A stretch of 63,742 bases of DNA, the filler included, from Reticulomyxa filosa (lineage: Eukaryota; Protista; Foraminifera): NCBI GenBank assembly GCA_000512085.1. It is 17 parts of 17 records of this genome, joined end to end, with 100 filler letters (N's around TTAATTAATTAA, not from the genome) between each part and the next. Parts side by side here need not be neighbours in the genome. Positions count along the whole stretch, not along the records: positions 59,574 to 61,201 come from ASPP01035234.1; positions 61,302 to 62,383 come from ASPP01026315.1; positions 62,484 to 63,742 come from ASPP01029123.1; 14 more parts are not named here. One strand, 5' to 3'. Made by a program: the position numbers and the translations under genes. The notes under the pieces are model-generated. The model was not told the origin of the DNA, did not search any database, and saw nothing but the letters and a program-made list of their open reading frames with translations. This document shows positions 60,481 through 63,742 of the stretch, piece by piece. Numbering within the stretch: the first letter of the stretch is position 1; each line of letters opens with the position of its first letter.

Positions 60481-61301
60481 TTATCAAGATTTTTGAATAA
60501 AGTGTCGAATCTTGGACCAAGTGTGTTGAACGAAAGAAAGTTCAAAAAACAATGCCTGCAGACATTTATAAGAGATTAGTGGAAAAGAATTACAATGATA
60601 GTCAATGTTATTTACCAACTTCTTCCTCTTGAATTAAGACAAAAACAATAACATATGAAAGTTTATCACATGCGTTAGAAATCAGTCATACAATATTTGT
60701 AATAAATCAAGACCAAACACTCATTTGAATTATATTTCATGTAATGCAATTGATTAAATAATTCAACAAACATTATTGCAGAAATTGAATCAATTAATCT
60801 GCGCTACCTTTCAAATCTGGCCTCTCCATGCCTTTCCCAACAATTCGGACTTATTGCACAAATTTCCAATAACAAAATTTAATCACTAATTCCAATGCTA
60901 TCATAAAAAAATCCACTAAATCACAAAGTTATTTCTTCTAACCAATCTTCAATGACATTGAAAACCATTTCCTACTTGAGCTTTTTCTTCCTTATTTCAA
61001 TAGTTAATCTCCAGATATTTTGTTCTTTCAGCTTAACTTGAATAGATACTTTAAGATCTTGAGATTTAGCCGATAATCGATATAAACAAGATTAACATGA
61101 TGTATAATTTTTCTACATATTCTGGCCCGTTTAGTTAACAAATATCTGATATTTTTAACTAGAAAAAACTTTTTATATTACTATAAAAAAATTTACTATT
61201 TNNNNNNNNNNNNNNNNNNNNNNNNNNNNNNNNNNNNNNNNNNNNTTAATTAATTAANNNNNNNNNNNNNNNNNNNNNNNNNNNNNNNNNNNNNNNNNNN
61301 N

Positions 61302-62362
61302 AATAGCGATCATCTTCAGAATATTGTCAAATGTCAATACATAATTCGACCATTCTTCATCATTACATAATTTGTCCACAATTTGATCATGAAGACTTTT
61401 TAGAATTACTGTGATATATTTTTCTTCTTTTTTCTCTTCATAATCTTTCATTGTTCCTTGATCTGGAATTCCCAAAATGTGAAATAATAATCTCAATCGC
61501 TTTTCTTTTTCGGTTTGTAACTCTGGTTCTTCCTTTTTATTTATGTCATTGAAAATTTGAAAATGGGCATCTGAAATAAAACAAAAAAATATGCAAAACT
61601 TGCAAGATCAAATCTCTTTTTTTAAAATCTTGTTTCAAATTGAATAAATGAAATCTCAATTTTTGAGATTCATCACTGATTAGCATCGAAATACTTTCTG
61701 TCAAAAAACAACAATAATAAATAATTCTTATATAAACACATAAACAAATAGACAATTAACTTCCATCTTGATTGACTAAGAAACAACGCTCTTTGGGTTT
61801 ACGCCATTTTTCACACAAATAAAACTTTTCTTGGCCATTACTTTCAATTTTTTGTTCTTTTTCTTCTGTATTCACCTTTATGCGATTATATTGACGACAG
61901 CATAATATTTTAGACATTTCAATTACTGATTTGGTAATCTCATGTCTCCATTGCATTGACTTTTTATCAATTTCCAATAATTGATTATTCAAAAATGTTA
62001 ATTGTGATAAGAGTACAAATTGTTGATGCAAATATTTGAAAAAAGAACGTTGATGTGCGGGACTCGATTTTGTTATATCATAAAAGCGTTTTTCCATAAG
62101 TTGTTTCATTGTAGCTTTTTCAAGATCGGGCATGGTGTTAGGTTCAATATCTTGTTGTCTTTTTTCAGATTGTCTGGAAGATATACACACACAAACATCT
62201 TTTGTTTTTTTTGTAGGAAAAATGTAAAACAAAGATCATTTGAAAAAACTTCAAATTTCCATTAAAAAATTCTTGCAGCCATTTGATGACATATTGCGCC
62301 TCTTTTCCAAATTCAAATTCATTATTCTGAGGAGATACTTGAACAATTGGAAATTTGACAGT
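61302..62362 (-). CDS. RNF213 (mysterin)-like AAA+ protein, internal fragment
   Basis: YVLTFDNILKMIAI matches RNF213 YELT.DN.LK.LAI before the first Walker A; EKWRKPKERCFLVNQDG upstream; spliced. Confidence 0.75.
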
Positions 62363-62483
62363 AGAAAAGAATAAATAAAAAAANNNNNNNNNNNNNNNNN
62401 NNNNNNNNNNNNNNNNNNNNNNNNNNNTTAATTAATTAANNNNNNNNNNNNNNNNNNNNNNNNNNNNNNNNNNNNNNNNNNNN

Positions 62484-62547
<64 letters not shown>
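62484..62547. repeat. (TA)n microsatellite inside an intron
   Basis: Read directly. Confidence 0.95.
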
Positions 62548-62611
62548 ACATGAAATGAATAAATACATTGTGCATTTGCACTCCTATGCTCTTTGTGTGT
62601 AAATAACTCAG

Positions 62612-63742
62612 TCGCCGTACAACATAACCACGAGATGGAAGGATTGCTTTCATTTCGGCCGTGACTTTGCTGGCCATGACACTGGAGTAGTAGGCGTTTC
62701 TGCCAACGGTGCAATATACTGCGAGAGACCTGTACTTTGACTTTTTTGCATACCTGATGGTGTCGTTGCAATATTGCTATTTCGCATGGGATATTTTTGC
62801 GAGAGCACAAACTGAGACAAAGAGCAAAGACCAAAGGAGAAAATAAAGAGCAAGAGCAAGCACCAGAACAAAAGCAACAACCGCCAACACTACTTCCCAG
62901 ATGGTCAAGATCGAGAGCAACAGACGCAACAGGAAACAAGTTTGGAAATGGTAACGATGAAAGACAAAAAGGACGAAAAAGGCAAATTAGGAGTTCACAA
63001 AGCGCTGTTGCAAAGTATAGGCAAGGTATGGAACTGGCAAGAAGAGTCTTGGCGCAAGCGACTCGGACTAACAAATAGCAACAAGGGATTGAAGATAATG
63101 ACAAAGATAGACCGCCAAGCGGACGTATTATGGGGGGGGCAGTGGAAAGCGCACACACACTATTGTATTGCGACAAGGTGTTGCTGATTATAATGTTCGC
63201 CTTTGACATTCGCACAGCGACGACTCTGAGTACCGTGTTTTTTAATGTTCCCATTCTGGCAGCTGTTCTTTGCCAAACCTTCGGAGCATCGCAAGCTCAT
63301 CCGTTGGTGGAGATTGGTCGAGATCTACACGTGGGGTATCTTGTCCTTGTCGATACTGTATCAACTGCCATGGCTTCCTCACGATCATGAAAAGAAACAT
63401 GGCTTTGTATCTTGGCCCGAGTGTGGTCGGCATGGAAAAGTTGACTAGCAATGGTAATGGATATTGTCCTCCTAAAAATAACTGCAAAAATCCCTTCAGC
63501 GATACATCGATCATTTTGCTGCTCGTCATCGACTTCCAAATCAAAATCCTGCACATCGATGAATACCATCGATTCCTGAAGCTGTGCCAGTATTGGAAGG
63601 AAAACAGCGACATTCGACGCTATCACAGCGCGCAACTGATGAAGTTCCGGAGGTATTCCTTGATCCACTATTATGCACACGAAGAAATGATGGTGAAAAG
63701 ACAACTCAACGAACTGTTCGACAGCGAGGAGTTCAAAAAGTC
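62612..63742 (+). CDS. Piezo-type mechanosensitive channel, internal fragment (TM helices + beam), several frame breaks
   Basis: LYFDFFAYLMVSLQYCYF; WWRLVEIYTWGILSLSILYQLPW; VVGMEKL; DTSIILLLVIDFQIKILHIDEYHRF...EEMMVKRQLNEL resembles the Piezo beam; frame stays open off the window end. Confidence 0.65.

Noticed and set aside
2203-62362. A ubiquitin or cytoskeletal gene cluster spanning the window
   Set aside because: The genes lie on separate contigs joined by spacers; only within-contig adjacency (e.g. USP and RBR) is real
62436-63704. Minus-strand ORFs of 272 and 135 aa as the gene
   Set aside because: The + strand carries Piezo-like motifs and a splice acceptor at 62611
1-63742. tRNA, rRNA or snRNA genes
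   Set aside because: No cloverleaf or rRNA-like segment recognised by eye; a covariance-model scan would be needed to exclude them

Overview
AT-rich, intron-rich eukaryotic nuclear DNA in the standard genetic code. The window is 17 short contigs joined by 16 artificial 100-bp spacers (44 N + TTAATTAATTAA + 44 N), so adjacency across spacers has no biological meaning. Gene content, intron style and low-complexity peptides suggest a rhizarian protist, probably a foraminifer such as Reticulomyxa (inference). Recognisable genes, many partial: eIF4B/4H-like RRM protein, USP deubiquitinase, Ubl-RBR ligase, HSP70 pseudogene, NPC-type phosphoesterase, RCC1-repeat protein, myosin with SAH/PH tail and CaaX box, Rab5-like GTPase, C2H2 zinc-finger protein, GH65/PGGHG, dual-specificity phosphatase, RRM protein, F-box protein, DRC9/IQCG-like, TPX2, SETD3-like, SAM protein, TLDc protein, HSP20-fold protein, DUF4246 oxygenase, SNAPC1, RNF213-like and Piezo. 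Mobile DNA includes a 1.1-kb defective Tc1 (DD34E) element with ~200-bp TIRs and TA duplication, diverged TIR relatives, a probable LINE remnant and a hairpin cluster beside an orphan Cys-rich ORF. The best leads are the CaaX-terminated PH-myosin, an RBR lacking its catalytic Cys, unusual splice signals (many GTT/GTC donors, A-rich acceptors), and recurrent single-base frame switches in otherwise intact genes. Those switches are most likely homopolymer sequencing errors, but a few fit +1 frameshifting at a stop codon. All family calls come from motif recognition by eye; no database search was run.
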